Both the position numbers and the translations under genes were made by a program. Of a stretch of DNA of 64,000 bases, positions 26,331-41,541 are shown piece after piece. Source of the stretch: the human T2T-CHM13v2.0 reference genome, Homo sapiens; assembly GCF_009914755.1 (NCBI RefSeq), contig NC_060928.1, one strand, 5' to 3'. The notes beneath the pieces were generated by a model. It made no database searches. It was not told where the DNA came from and saw only the letters and a list, made by a program, of their open reading frames with translations. Every line of letters begins with the position of its first letter. Position 1 is the first letter of the stretch.

Positions 26331-27423
26331 TCATCTTGACAGTTTTGATGAATGAACCATCAGAGAGTGGGACTGCTTTCAAGATTGTTTACCCATAGCT
26401 GATGCTCTAAAATGGGATTAAAAAAACTGGGCTGGGTTACGTGATAAAGGTGTGCCACAGAATGACAGAGGCAGAGGTTTAGACAACCAGTGAAAAACAA
26501 GGCAAAACAGAACCTAAAAAGATGCTGCAGTGCTAACAGAACCAGCACATTCAACCACACAGCCATGACTGAACCACTCACCCTGGTTTCTGCCTGCAAT
26601 ATGAAAGGAGATCATTCTGGATGGGGGACATTGGCAAATGTTTTTTGGTGGATATACTGGTGTTGAAGCGGCCATGTGGAGATGGATTGGGATTAAATAA
26701 AGTGAGAAGACTGTCTAAACTGGAGGGATGAGGGAATAGCTTAATTAGCAATGGGAGTATATTTAGTTTATAGAAGGGACAAAACATAGAAATAAGGTTG
26801 TGGGAAAGCAAGATTGGGTTCTGGAGGCCCTAAAAACAAAGCAGTTTGGATTTGATGTAAAAGCGTAGATAAACCCAGGTTAACTGTTCATATTAAGGGT
26901 GGCAAAGAGGAAATTCTGAAGCCTGAAAAATGGTTAAGAGATCTGTGAATCTGTTAAGTGAGATCTGTGAAGGCTGATTACTGAATTTAGAGAAAAACCA
27001 AGGGATGACTCATATTAAGTTGGTTAACTAAGTTGGAAAGAGGAAGCAAACCCACATTTTCTCAAATTCTTAAGAGATGGAACAAAAAGATTGGCTTAAA
27101 TGGAAATAAAAGAATTATATTGTATATAAGAAAACACTTCTTGTTAGCAAAAAATGATTAGAAAACTGGACCAGACTAGCAGGTAGATTATATGAGATAT
27201 TTTCCAAGTAGGATAAATAGTTTAGAATTTTGGGAGAGGTATAAGTTATATAACAAAGCTCTTTTCATTTTCTTAACAGTGCCTGGTCATCTTGATTGTA
27301 AAAAGTTCTCTATAAAAATTTTAAATGTCTGTTTATTTTTAAATCCTTCTTTAGGCAGTGTTTATAATCATGGGACTATCTCATGTGGATTACTTAGTAT
27401 ATAGGCAGAGAAAGCAGGAAAGA

Positions 27424-27720
<297 letters not shown>

Positions 27721-28726
27721 AGAAAGCAGGAAAGTTCTTCATCAGTTCTTTTAATCTGCCAGCAAGTAGCAACAATCGTTCCATTCTCCTTTGCCTTTTC
27801 TTCTTTCTCTAAAATGTTTTGGTAATGGAATTTCCCATTTTTCTCTGTCCTCTCACCGAAGCTCCTGGGACCCATGCATTCTCACATGAACAAAAAGATG
27901 AGGGGGGCAGGTGGCAAGGCATGCTTTGTACACAGTAGGCTGGGGAGATGGAAGTAGATAGCAGTGCTTCTGTTTGGCGAGAACAGGATTTTGGTCAGAC
28001 AAGAGAGACAGCCAATTGGACTTGTGATTAGACAGAATCCTTTTCTTGGGTTGGAGTAGGAAAAAGCCAGTGATGTCTGGATGCCTGGGGAGCAGGCAAA
28101 ACCTTTAGGCAGGAGCTTTGGTCTTTGTGAAGCAGCCTCAGAATAGTATGGTGGAAGCTCCACTGTGGACCCCCTTCACTGACTTTTCTAGACCAGGTGC
28201 CTGGTTTTCCTGCTTCTCTTCCTCAAAGCTCTGTTTCCTCCAAAGATTGGGCTGGTGAAAGAAGAGCTTTGATTGCCTAGAGGCCCATGAAGTTTCCAGA
28301 AGGTCCCTCAGGGAGCAAACCAGTAGACCTTTACATCTCCTGTGATTTCTGAGGAACAGCTTGTGAACAAGAGCAAGAGGAAAGTGCAATGTGGCCTGCT
28401 CTTCACCAGTTTGATCCTCAGCGTTTCTCCCTGGGGTGGGTGGACCTTGCCTCTGAGCTTCTCTGGTGTGGTGCCCAGGCAGCCGTACCTGCTCATTTCT
28501 TATTTATTTTTGTTTGAATTTTTTTTTTGTATTTTTTTGTATTTAAGTGACATCACAGTCATACGTACCTGCTCATTTCACCTGAGAAATAAGAGTGACT
28601 CTGAAGCATGAGGATGCAGGGGATACTGAGGACAGATTTTGTGGGTGGGATACTTTGGCCCCTTTACCTTTAAGTATCTGGGAAAAAGCACTCTATGCAG
28701 AGGACAGCAACTTGGAGGAATACTGG

Positions 28727-29145
28727 TGATACAGTTTGGATGTGTCCTCCTGCTCAAATCGCATGTTGAAATATAATCCCCAGTGTTGGAGGTGGGGCCT
28801 GCAGGGAGGTGGTTAGATCACAGGGGTAGGTTCTTATGAATGGTTCAGCACCATCCCCATGGTACTGTCCTCATGACAGTGAATGAGTTCTCCTAAGATG
28901 TAGTTATTTAAGCGTGTGGTACCTCCCCTCCGTCTCTCTCTCTTGCTCCTGCTCTGGCCATGTGGTGTGCCTGTCCCCACTTTTGCCTTCTGCCATGATT
29001 GTAAGTTTCCCCAGGCCTCCCCAGAAGCAGATGCTGCCATGCTTCCTGTACAACCTGCAGACCCGTGAGACAATTAAACCTCTTTTCTTATAAATTACCC
29101 AATCTCAGGTATTTCTTTATAACAATGTGAGAACAGACTAATACA
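28727..29145 (+). mobile_element. MaLR solo LTR, MSTA/MSTB-like
   Basis: TGATAcagtttggatgtgt ... gaacagactaatACA; perfect 5-bp TSD ACTGG at 28722-28726 and 29146-29150. Confidence 0.9.
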
Positions 29146-30266
29146 ACTGGCGTCAGGCCTTTACAAGGAGTTAATGTATTTTGGAGACAGTGTATACACA
29201 TAGCAAATAACACCCTTCTTCAAATTATTAGAGAAAACAGCACAATGGGGGATGATTTCTAACATCCTTTTGCAACCAGCAGTACTCTCTTGGTTTAAGT
29301 GGAGAGAAACTGATAATGAATTCCAGAGGCCATGATTTTAATAAAACAAAAACAAAACAGAATTTTTTTAAAAAGCAGATTAATGCCAGAAAGAGATTAC
29401 AGGCTTTGGCTATATAACATGCTTGGTAGAATATGTAAAATACTTAAAATCTTTGCAAGGTGTTAAGTCCATGTTCCTTTTTTTTCAAGATTGGCAAGCT
29501 TTTTATTTATTAAGTTGGTATCTGTCAGTGTATCATTCATATCCCTTCTTCTTCTTGCCTCTGCAATGACGTTGGCACAAACCTGCTAAAATAAAATAAC
29601 ATCCTCATTGTCAGTGACTCATTGTCCAAATCAATGAGTTTACTTGCCAGTGTGTAGGCCAACCCACATGACCTCCCACAAATGATATCAAGTGTGTGAT
29701 GTGGGCAGGGATTGCAAAATCACAGCATGTGCTAGTGTTCAGCATCTGATGTTCCACTGGCATACTGTACAAAAAGTATAAGCCCAACTGTGCTAATCGA
29801 TAAAGAAGCATGTTTATCAGGGTTTGTGTGACAGAGAGTAAAAAACAGGCATTTTGTAATTGAGGAAGATAACAAAACTAATATCCTTTTTCCCCCCTTT
29901 TTTGGTAAAAAAAAAAAAAAGAGAGAGAGAATTGCCTTGCCATTCCATCCTTATCTCCATAGGACAAGCATCTATCATGTTCTTTAGTACAAGCCTGATT
30001 TAATTTTAGAAATTTGGAAATGATATTTCGTAAGTTTGATATAATTGGTCATTTTTTGATCTTTGCTTGTGATCATTTAAGACAACGCCTTATGTGATGA
30101 ATGGAGTCATGAGCTTAAGGAAAATAAGAAACAAGGAAACAGTTCTACTGATGTGAAAACTCAGAATGATTTCAGGAAAAGGGGCATCTGGTAGAAGAAA
30201 TTGTAAGCAAAGGCAGGAGGTTAGGAGAGCCTAGGAGATATTAGGCACCCAATAACTGATTTCTAG

Positions 30267-30356
30267 TTATTTTATATATTATATATATATATATATATAA
30301 TATATATATATTATATATATATATAATATATATATAATATATATATATAAAATATA
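30267..30356. repeat. 90-bp pure A/T tract, interrupted (TA)n
   Basis: no G or C between 30267 and 30356. Confidence 0.95.
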
Positions 30357-30875
30357 GTTTGGCTGCAGCTAGAATGCATGAAGATGAGTTGGGCATGGAT
30401 GGACTTGAGACTGAATATGCAGGTTTACGTCAAATCCTAAAAGGCTTTAAGTGAATGCCAGGCTAGGAAATTCATTCCTTAGAGGAGGAGATCTCAAAGT
30501 TTTGAAAAGATGAATCTGGCAGTTTTATGAGTGGCATTAGACAGGATGTGTGTGGGAGAAGTGGAGAAAGGAGGCGTAGTAGACAGGAGGCCATTCTGGA
30601 AGATAATGGGGGCTTGAACCAGAGCAGTGGGATTGGTGGAGTTTCCTAGCAGCCATATAATAATGTGAGCCTGGCGAAGAAGTCAGGACTATAGATGCAT
30701 AGTTGGGAATTATTTGCAGAGGGTGAAAGATGAAATAGTAGATTTAATGAACTCACAGAAAATGAAAGACATTTACAAGGGCTGGAGAAAAATTCATAGA
30801 AAAAGGGCAGGAAGAGATGAATGAACAAGACAAAGATCAACCAGGTAAGAGAATAAGAGCAGAGAAAATGGAAAC

Positions 30876-30942
30876 AGAGAGAGATAGAAAGAGATATAGA
30901 TAGATAGATAGATAGATAGAGACTTCTAACTATATATATATA
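30876..30942. repeat. (GA)/(GATA)n microsatellite
   Basis: gatagatagatagatagatagaga. Confidence 0.85.
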
Positions 30943-31569
30943 TTCTCTCCTCATTCTTCTGTCCACTGCTACTCTTGTGGGCTATATTTTTCTCCCAAGA
31001 ATAATAGAAGTTGTCTACCAACTCCTCTTCAGAAACAAAAACATTGAATGTGTTATCTGTAAGCTGTGCTTTTCTGTGAATTTATACACATGAGGTGGGA
31101 GATTATTAGGGACTTCTAAAGCTAGCACAGAAATTAAGTATTTTATGTAAGATTTGGAATGAAAGGGTAACATTAGTTATGTGGAAAGCACCATAATCTA
31201 GTTTTACTTTGTTTTATCTTTACAATTCTGAGGACATGCTGAACCATCATACTGATGTTTTTCTGGGAGGGCTAGTGCTGGTGGACAAACACGCAAAGGA
31301 TATGTGTGTGCAAGTTATTGTGTAAACACTTTAAATTTGGGTTTTACTCATCGTTTTAAAAACGTTTTAATTTTTTGCATAAGTAATAAACTCACATGGG
31401 TCAAAAATTATAGCAATTTAAAAACATATGCTTTAATAAATGTAGCTTCCACTCCTGTTACTGACTACCTCTATCCCAAGTTAGTTTCTTATGTATCTCT
31501 CCATTGTTTCTTTATGCTATTACATTACAAATATGTTATTCTAATGCAAGTCTTTATTATTTTATTTTT

Positions 31570-31880
31570 TCTTTCTTCTTTTTTTTTTTTTTTTTTTTTG
31601 AGATGGAGTCTCACTCTGTCTCCCAGGCTGGAATGCAATGGTGCGATCTCAGATCACTGCAGCCTCCTCCTCCCAGGTCCAAGCGATTCTCCTGCCTTAG
31701 GCTCCTGAATAGTTGGGATTGCAGGCATGCACCACCACACCCAGCTAATTTTTGTGTTTTTAGTAGAGATGGGTTTTGCTATGTTGGCCAGGCTGGTCTC
31801 GAACTCCTGACTTCAGGTGACCCACCCGCCTTGGCCTCCCAAAGTGTTAGGATTACAGGCATGAGCCACTGTACCCGGCC
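31570..31880 (-). mobile_element. Alu (S-type)
   Basis: TSD aagt(c/g)tttattatttt. Confidence 0.92.
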
Positions 31881-32517
31881 AAGTGTTTATTATTTTCTTG
31901 ACTTGCTAACACCAAACATGATGTCCTATAAACAGTATTCGGAGCCTTGTGTTCTTCACTTATAATATATCCCATAAACCTTTCTCTATTATTACTTAGA
32001 AAGTTTCTTCTTTTTTAAGAGTTGTAAGAAGTTTCATTATATGAATGCAAATAGTTCAATTTACCTGTGGTTCCCAACCTTTGCTGCTTAAAAAATGATG
32101 CTGAAGTAAATATATCTGTAACATGAATTCTTAGCAATAGGATTGCTCTGTCAGAGAACATGTGTGATTTGGATTGATAGTGTCAAACTGCCCTCCATAA
32201 TGGCCTCTATTATGGAGGCTAGTGGGGCTATGAGTTCCCACTAGGAGTGTATGCAAGTGCCTGTCTCCCCACAGCTTCACCAATGTTGTAAATATATGTC
32301 TAACTTTTGGATTTGTGCCAAACCAATAGACAAGAAGTGGAAATGCGGTTTGGTTCTAATTAGTATTTCTCTGATAAAACATTTGAACATGTTTTCATGT
32401 TTAAGGGTCAGTTGCATTAATTTTTCTGGGAACTATCTACTCATGTTTTTTGACCATTATTCTGTCAGGCTATCCTGTTTGTTTTCTAGGACCTTCTCAT
32501 GTATTAAAATGATTAAT

Positions 32518-32816
32518 GGTGGGTGTAGTAGTTCATGCCCATAATCCTAGCAGTTTGGGAGGCTGAGGCGGGAGGATAGCTAGACCCCAGGAGTTCAAGA
32601 CCAGCCTGGACAACATAGCAAGACCTTCTCTCTACAAAAACTCAAAAAATTAGCCAGGTGTGGTGGTGCATACCTGCGGTCCCGGCTACTTGGCAAGCTG
32701 AGGTGGGTGGATCACAGGAGCTCAGGTGGTTGTGGCTACAGTGAGCTGCGATCACACCACCGAACTCTAGCCTGGGCAACAGAGAAAGACTCTGTCACAA
32801 AAAAAGAAAAAAAAAG
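32518..32816 (+). mobile_element. Alu (J-type)
   Basis: dimeric Alu with A-tail. Confidence 0.88.
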
Positions 32817-33138
32817 GATTAGCTTTTGTCTGTGGTGAGAGACAAATATTTGTTTCAGTTTGCAATTTGTATTTTTACCTCTGCTTATCATACTTCTTAC
32901 TGTGCAGACATTTTTCATTTATATATAGTCTAATTTATCAATATTTTCTTTTTCTAACTTCTGGATTTAGTAGAAACATTTTTTTTCCTCTGCCAAGTTT
33001 TAAGGGAATTCTCCAAAGTTTTCTTTGATTACTTTTATGGTTTTATTTTTTATGTTAAAATCTTTGATTCATTTATTCTTGTGTGTCTTTCCAGATGTCT
33101 ATCTAGTTGTCGCAACACTCTGTGAAAAAAATCTTTAA

Positions 33139-33585
<447 letters not shown>

Positions 33586-33594
33586 TAATTATTG

Positions 33595-34438
<844 letters not shown>

Positions 34439-34499
34439 AATAGTTGTTTTAGTGTCTGGTAGAAATAGTTGTTCTTATTGCTTTTCCTATTTATTCTTT

Positions 34500-34517
34500 T
34501 TTTTAAAAAATTAATTA

Positions 34518-34551
<34 letters not shown>

Positions 34552-34674
34552 TTTAATAGAGACAGGGTTTCACCAGGTTGGCCAGGCTGATCTGGAAGTC
34601 GTGACCTTAAGTGATCCACCCGTCTCAGCCTCCCAAAGTGCTGGGATTACAGGTGTGAGCCACTACGCCCGGCC
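34500..34674 (-). mobile_element. Alu left monomer with (TTA)n
   Basis: agagacagggtttcacc...cgcccggcc. Confidence 0.85.
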
Positions 34675-35747
34675 TCCTATTTATTCTTGTTTACTTATTT
34701 TTCCATATGATCTTGAGATTCAGCTTTCTATGATACAAGGAAATACAACAACCCATTTTTATTGGAGTTGTATTAAGTTTGTAAATTTATTGAGGAAGGT
34801 TTGACATTATCTATGTTGGGTCTTACTTTCTGAGGACATTATATCTTTCCATTTGTTTAGATTTTCTTTTTTTTTCCCCCATTTGTTTAGCTTTTCTTTT
34901 TTTTTTTTCCCCATTTGTTAGGTTTTCTTTTGTATCCTTAAGAGATGTTCTAAAATTTTCCTCAGATAGGTATTGCACATTTCCTCTTAGTTTTATATTT
35001 TAGTTGCTATTATAAATAAGGTGTGTTCTTCCATTATATTTTCTAAATAATTGTTGTTCATGTATAGGAAAATTTTCTACTTTAGTAAGGTAGAAGAATA
35101 TAAAATTAAGAATTCTCATACTGTATATGGTTTTTCAGGAATTTCCTTTTGTTCAGATATATAATTATTTTATCTTCAGATATTGATAGGCTTGCCATTT
35201 CTTATTCAACTTTGGTTTGCATTTTATTTCTTTCCTAGTTTGTACTTCATTTTTTTTCTCTTGTCTGGTTGTGCTGGCTGATACTCCCTGCAGTGCTAAA
35301 CAGTAGTGGTGCTAGTTGGCAAGTTGGCATTTCTATGTGGATGGTCTTCAGTGCCTTTAGGGTCTTCCCAATAAAGATCATGTCAACTTTGATCTATTTT
35401 TCCATCTCATGTTAAATAGTTGCTGATTCTTGTTTTGTTACTTTAAATTAAGAGTGAATGTTGAATTTTCATGCTTTTAAGGCATGTCTGATGGTGAAGA
35501 TAGATTACCCCTCTTAGACCCATTGTAGTGAATTTTATTAATAACTTTAAAAATATTTGAATTGTCTTTGCATTTATGGAATAAACATTACCTGGTCATA
35601 ATATGATGCTGGAAGTTGTCTGCCAAAATTGAAGTTAGGATTTTTACAGTTGATTCTTATACTTGTGATTAGTGTATTACTTACCTATCTTCCTTTATTT
35701 CTCCTTCCCTTGTCAGTTTAAATGTTTGGTAGAATTCCTTAAAAAAA

Positions 35748-35897
35748 GGTCTGGGCCAGGAGTGGTGGCTTATGCCTGTAATCCTAGCACTTTGGGAGGC
35801 TGAGGCGGGTGGATCATTGAGCTCGGGAGTTCAAGACCAGCCTGGGCAACATGGCAAAATCCTGTCTCTATTTGAAAACAACAACAACAAAAAAAGC
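35748..35897 (+). mobile_element. Alu left monomer (FLAM_C-like)
   Basis: gtggtggcttatgcctgtaatcctagcactttggg ... (AAC)n tail. Confidence 0.85.
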
Positions 35898-36613
35898 CTG
35901 GGTCTGGTGCTTATTGGTTGGTTAGGGGTGCATATGTAGGTATTTTTTTGCTGCCTGCAACATTATTTCATCTGTGCAAATGGTTCTCTTTAGCATGTTC
36001 ATCTCTTGGTGTCAGTAAAGCTTTGAGCAACTTTTTTTTTAAATAGAAAATTATCTGTTTACCCAGATTTTCATTAAAGTTATTTGCAGAAGACTTTGTG
36101 TAGAATTCTTTCTTATGATTTTTATGATTTTCTGTTTTTTTCTTTGCACATTTTTATTTTGTATTATATGTGGGCTTTCTCTCCTGCCCTTATTTTATTT
36201 TTCTTAATTGGATTAAGTAGTGGGGTGTGCAGGTGCTTAAAGTAAACTTTACCCTGTTTCACATTAAAAAAAAATTGATTGTAACTTGTATCTTTAAATG
36301 TGCCAACCCAGGCCATGTTACTAGGGGGAGCGTGAGTAGTTTCATAACTCGAATGCTTTTTTTTAAAATAGGCAATTGTGATTGAGTCATCATGATTGAG
36401 TAGCGCTTAGGAAAACCAAAGGAGATGCATTTATTTTGAGCACATTTCATGTATATTAAAGGTCATCATAGTTGTGATGACTTCTTCCCCTTTTCATTTT
36501 ATGGACCTATTGTATGGTATATCATAATCTATTTCTTCTAAGGCAGGGTTATTGCTACCAGGAAACCTGTGAAACTTTTATGTAGTGTTTTTTAACTTTT
36601 CATTTGTATTCAC

Positions 36614-36907
36614 TTTTTTTTTTTTTTTGAGACGGAGTCTCGCTCTGTTGCCCAGGCTGGAGTGCTGTGGCGCGATCTAGGCTCATTGCAAGCTCCGCCT
36701 CCCAGATTCACGCCATTCTTCTGCTTCAGCGTCCGGGGTAGCTGGGACTACAGGCACCCGCCACCACACCCGGCCAACTTTTTGTATTTTTACTAGAGAC
36801 GGGGTTTCACCATGTTAACCAGGATAGGCTCGATCTCCTGACAGGTGATCCACCCACCTCAGCCTCCAAAGTGCTGGGATTACAGGTATGAGCCACCACG
36901 CCCGGCC
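36614..36907 (-). mobile_element. AluY-like
   Basis: gcaagctccgcc and ttcacgccattc; TSD tgtattcac. Confidence 0.92.
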
Positions 36908-37251
36908 TGTATTCACATTTTTCATTTGTCATCCTCTTCAATTCCCCCACTTCCAATAACTGAGAAACTTAAAACCTTAAAATAACCACAAAACTGCCTA
37001 ACAAGGAGCAACCTCTCTTACTAGTACATTGCTAATGTAACCATTAAATAGATAAAATACTATTCATAATATGTGAAATTAAGTGGAAAGATGTTATGTG
37101 TGTCTGTGACCTCCCAGTGTTCTAATGCTTACTGGTAATCAGTTGGTTCTCTCATCTTAAGTATTTCTCCTAAATCAGCTTCATTTGTAAGGTGAATGGT
37201 TTAACATAGATCTGTTGTTTGTATCAACAAAATGATAATGTTATTCAGAGG

Positions 37252-37425
37252 TAGGGGCAAGTCCAGGTCTTGTGGGGGCTTAAAGCTTATGCAATTTAGA
37301 GGCCTTCTTTAATAAGGAATACAAAGTGATCCATGCAAAAGTAAGTACAGGACCTTGGAAGGAGCCTATGCAAGTTTGGACCCTGAAGTTTAACCTTACT
37401 GGCTTCATGGTCAATCTGTCTTTTG
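37252..37425. mobile_element. hAT-type MITE remnant, subfamily not assigned
   Basis: decayed terminal repeats taggggcaagtcc / aatctgtcttttg; internal gggcttaaagcttatgcaattt and ccctgaagtttaa motifs. Confidence 0.45.
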
Positions 37426-38254
37426 CTCAAAGACCTTGAACTGAAACCTGGAGTGATGACTGAGAAGAATATAGCAGGGCTGCTTGGCTCTTTGGACCAA
37501 AAAAGAGAGACCATTTTCTATAAACCTTGCCTGGCTGACGGTCCAGGTTAATAAAGATGTAAAAATGGTAGAAGGTGTGAGAATATATCTAAGAACAATA
37601 ACACCAACAACAAATCAAGGGTGATTATCCTTTCTAAACCTTGACTATGTCATCTGTGAGATGTGTAGGGAAGCTGCTTCTGCCGTGTAGAGGCCTTGAA
37701 GAGTAAGGATACTGGCAGGATGCCTGTGCACTGATGTTACAGAGTCTTAGCAGAGGGCAGAACGGTCTCCTTGGACAACGTGGACCTGGCTGAACTACAG
37801 CACTGGGGACCACTTGGTGCACCACTGCCCAGGGCATGGTTTTGTTTGTTTGTTTGTTTGGCTTATTGTAGGATGGCCCAGAGATTCTAAATGAGAGGAA
37901 TTTAAGTGGGTTCCAAGCTGTAAAAGATTCCTGCCTCAGTTAAAAAAAAAAGGGTGAATTGTGTCACAACTTTCTGGGAAGAATGATCACGTGTAAGTGA
38001 ATTGTAAGTGCATGTCTAGATTAATGTTAGATAGGGGCCATATATAGATTTTCTTGTATCAATTAAAGTTATCTTTCTTCCCTCAAAGGTAGGAGAAATG
38101 CTAGGAAGAGCTGCTACTCAGGGCTTTCTGTTTAGCAAGGAAGAACTGGGGGTGGTGTTGTATTGACGAGAAATATCTTACATATTTGGGATTCGTCAGT
38201 GGGCAGGTATTGGTTAGAGCGATGTGAAACTTGAGGCAATAACATATGAGGAAG

Positions 38255-38480
38255 CACTTGGTTTTGGAGTCACCGACTTGGTTGCAAATCCTGTCTCAGT
38301 TCCTTCTTCTCTCTGGCCCCAGGCAAGTTACTCAACCCCTCTGCACTTTAATTTCCTCATGTATAAGTTGGAGATAATACAGAATACCTCATAGGATTGC
38401 GAAGACTACAAAAGTGTAGGTGTCAAGGGTTTTATATACAGCCTGGCATCAGGAGACACTCAGTCAATGTCAGCTGCCTT
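38255..38480 (+). mobile_element. MIR SINE
   Basis: ttttggagtcac...ggcaagttactcaacccctctg...tttcctcat...acctcataggattg. Confidence 0.7.
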
Positions 38481-38558
38481 TTAGTTTAGGAAGGAAGATT
38501 TTAAAATATACATGGGAAGATAGGATTGGCTAGAGCCTTTAATTGAAACTATAGCTAG

Positions 38559-39600
<1,042 letters not shown>

Positions 39601-39775
39601 TAACATCTTAAGTATTTTTCTCAATGTAAGTATTTTTCAACAAAGTATATATACTTTGTTGAAAAATTAGACATTGCAGAAGTATAAATAAGTTAAAAAT
39701 CAGCCATATGAAATACTTATTAATCAGAAAAAGCCTAATATTTTAATGTATTTCCTTATAGTTTTCCCCCACTCA

Positions 39776-40200
<425 letters not shown>

Positions 40201-41225
40201 TGACATTTTAGTTTAATATATCTGGGAGTGGGCCCTGGTGTCTGTTTTTTAAAAGATTCCACAGAGAATTATGGAATGCAGCCAAGCTTGAGAACCACTG
40301 AGTTAGCTCAACCCTTTTCTCTCCCTTTCCCTTATAACTTAGTATCTTGTCTGGTGCCTGTCACTCTTTATATATTGACTAACTGAATGAATGAGCAAAT
40401 GGTTTATTAAAATTTAGATGAGGAAATTGATCCTCAGCTAAGCTGATATCTCCAACAAATTTCTTAAGTGCATTTTTAAGCATAGTATTAATTTTTTAAA
40501 AGTAGAAAGAATAGTACAATTAGTCACCTTATACCCATCACCCAAATTCAACAGTTATCAAGAATTTGCTACATCTATTCTTTTTTTTCAGGTTTTCCTT
40601 TGTGTAAGTATTTTTCAATTAAAAAAATTAATTACAGAAGCAATATATGAGCAATGTAGAAAGGTAGAGAACACCAATAAGTAATTAGAAATACCATAGT
40701 CTCATCTTCATGTATATCCTTTTATGAAAGTATTTTAAAGTTAATTCCAGATATCATATCCTTTTACATACTTCAGGACACACCTCAAAAAATAGACTTT
40801 TTGAAAAATATAACCCTAATGCCATTATTACGCTTAACTAAATTAATAACAATATAAAAATTTAAAAATGTTTGGGAAGGGAAGCAGTGATAATCAGGAT
40901 CACAAAGGAGTCGCTGTGAAATGAGCTTAGCCAAGTGGCCTAACTTACGTCCTGGAAATCTTAACTTAACTAATGGCTTAGGGAATGGTTTGGATTTGGT
41001 ATATCTAGAGGTTAGCCTTGCAGTGTTACAGCTACGTTATTGTGAGAAAAGGTGGCAAAACGTGGACTGGAAATCTGTGCAGTTAGGTGACTATGTTGTT
41101 GATGCAGTAATTAACATATTAACATATCTAGTGATTAATGAACTGTAGAAGGACAAGATGGAGATCAGTTGTATATTCCTGGGATCTGTCCTTGGTACTA
41201 GCTTGTTAAGATGGTATAATGATCT

Positions 41226-41541
41226 TTTATTTTATTTTATTTATTTATTTATTTTGAGATGGAGTTTCACTCTGTCACCCAGGCTGGAGTGCAGTGGCGT
41301 GATCTTGGTTTGGTTCACTGCAACCTCCTCTTCCTGTGTTCAAGTGATTCCCTACCTCAGCCTCCTGAGTAGCTGGGACTACAGGTGCTTGCCACTATGC
41401 CTGGCTAATTTTTGTATTTTTAGTAGAGATGGGGTTTCACTATATTGGCCAGGCTGGGTCCAAGTGCCTCACCTCAGGTGATCTGCCCACCTCAGCCTCC
41501 CAAAGTGCTAGGATTACAGGCATGAGCCACTGCACCTGGCC
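41226..41541 (-). mobile_element. Alu (S-type)
   Basis: TSD taatgatctttt. Confidence 0.92.
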
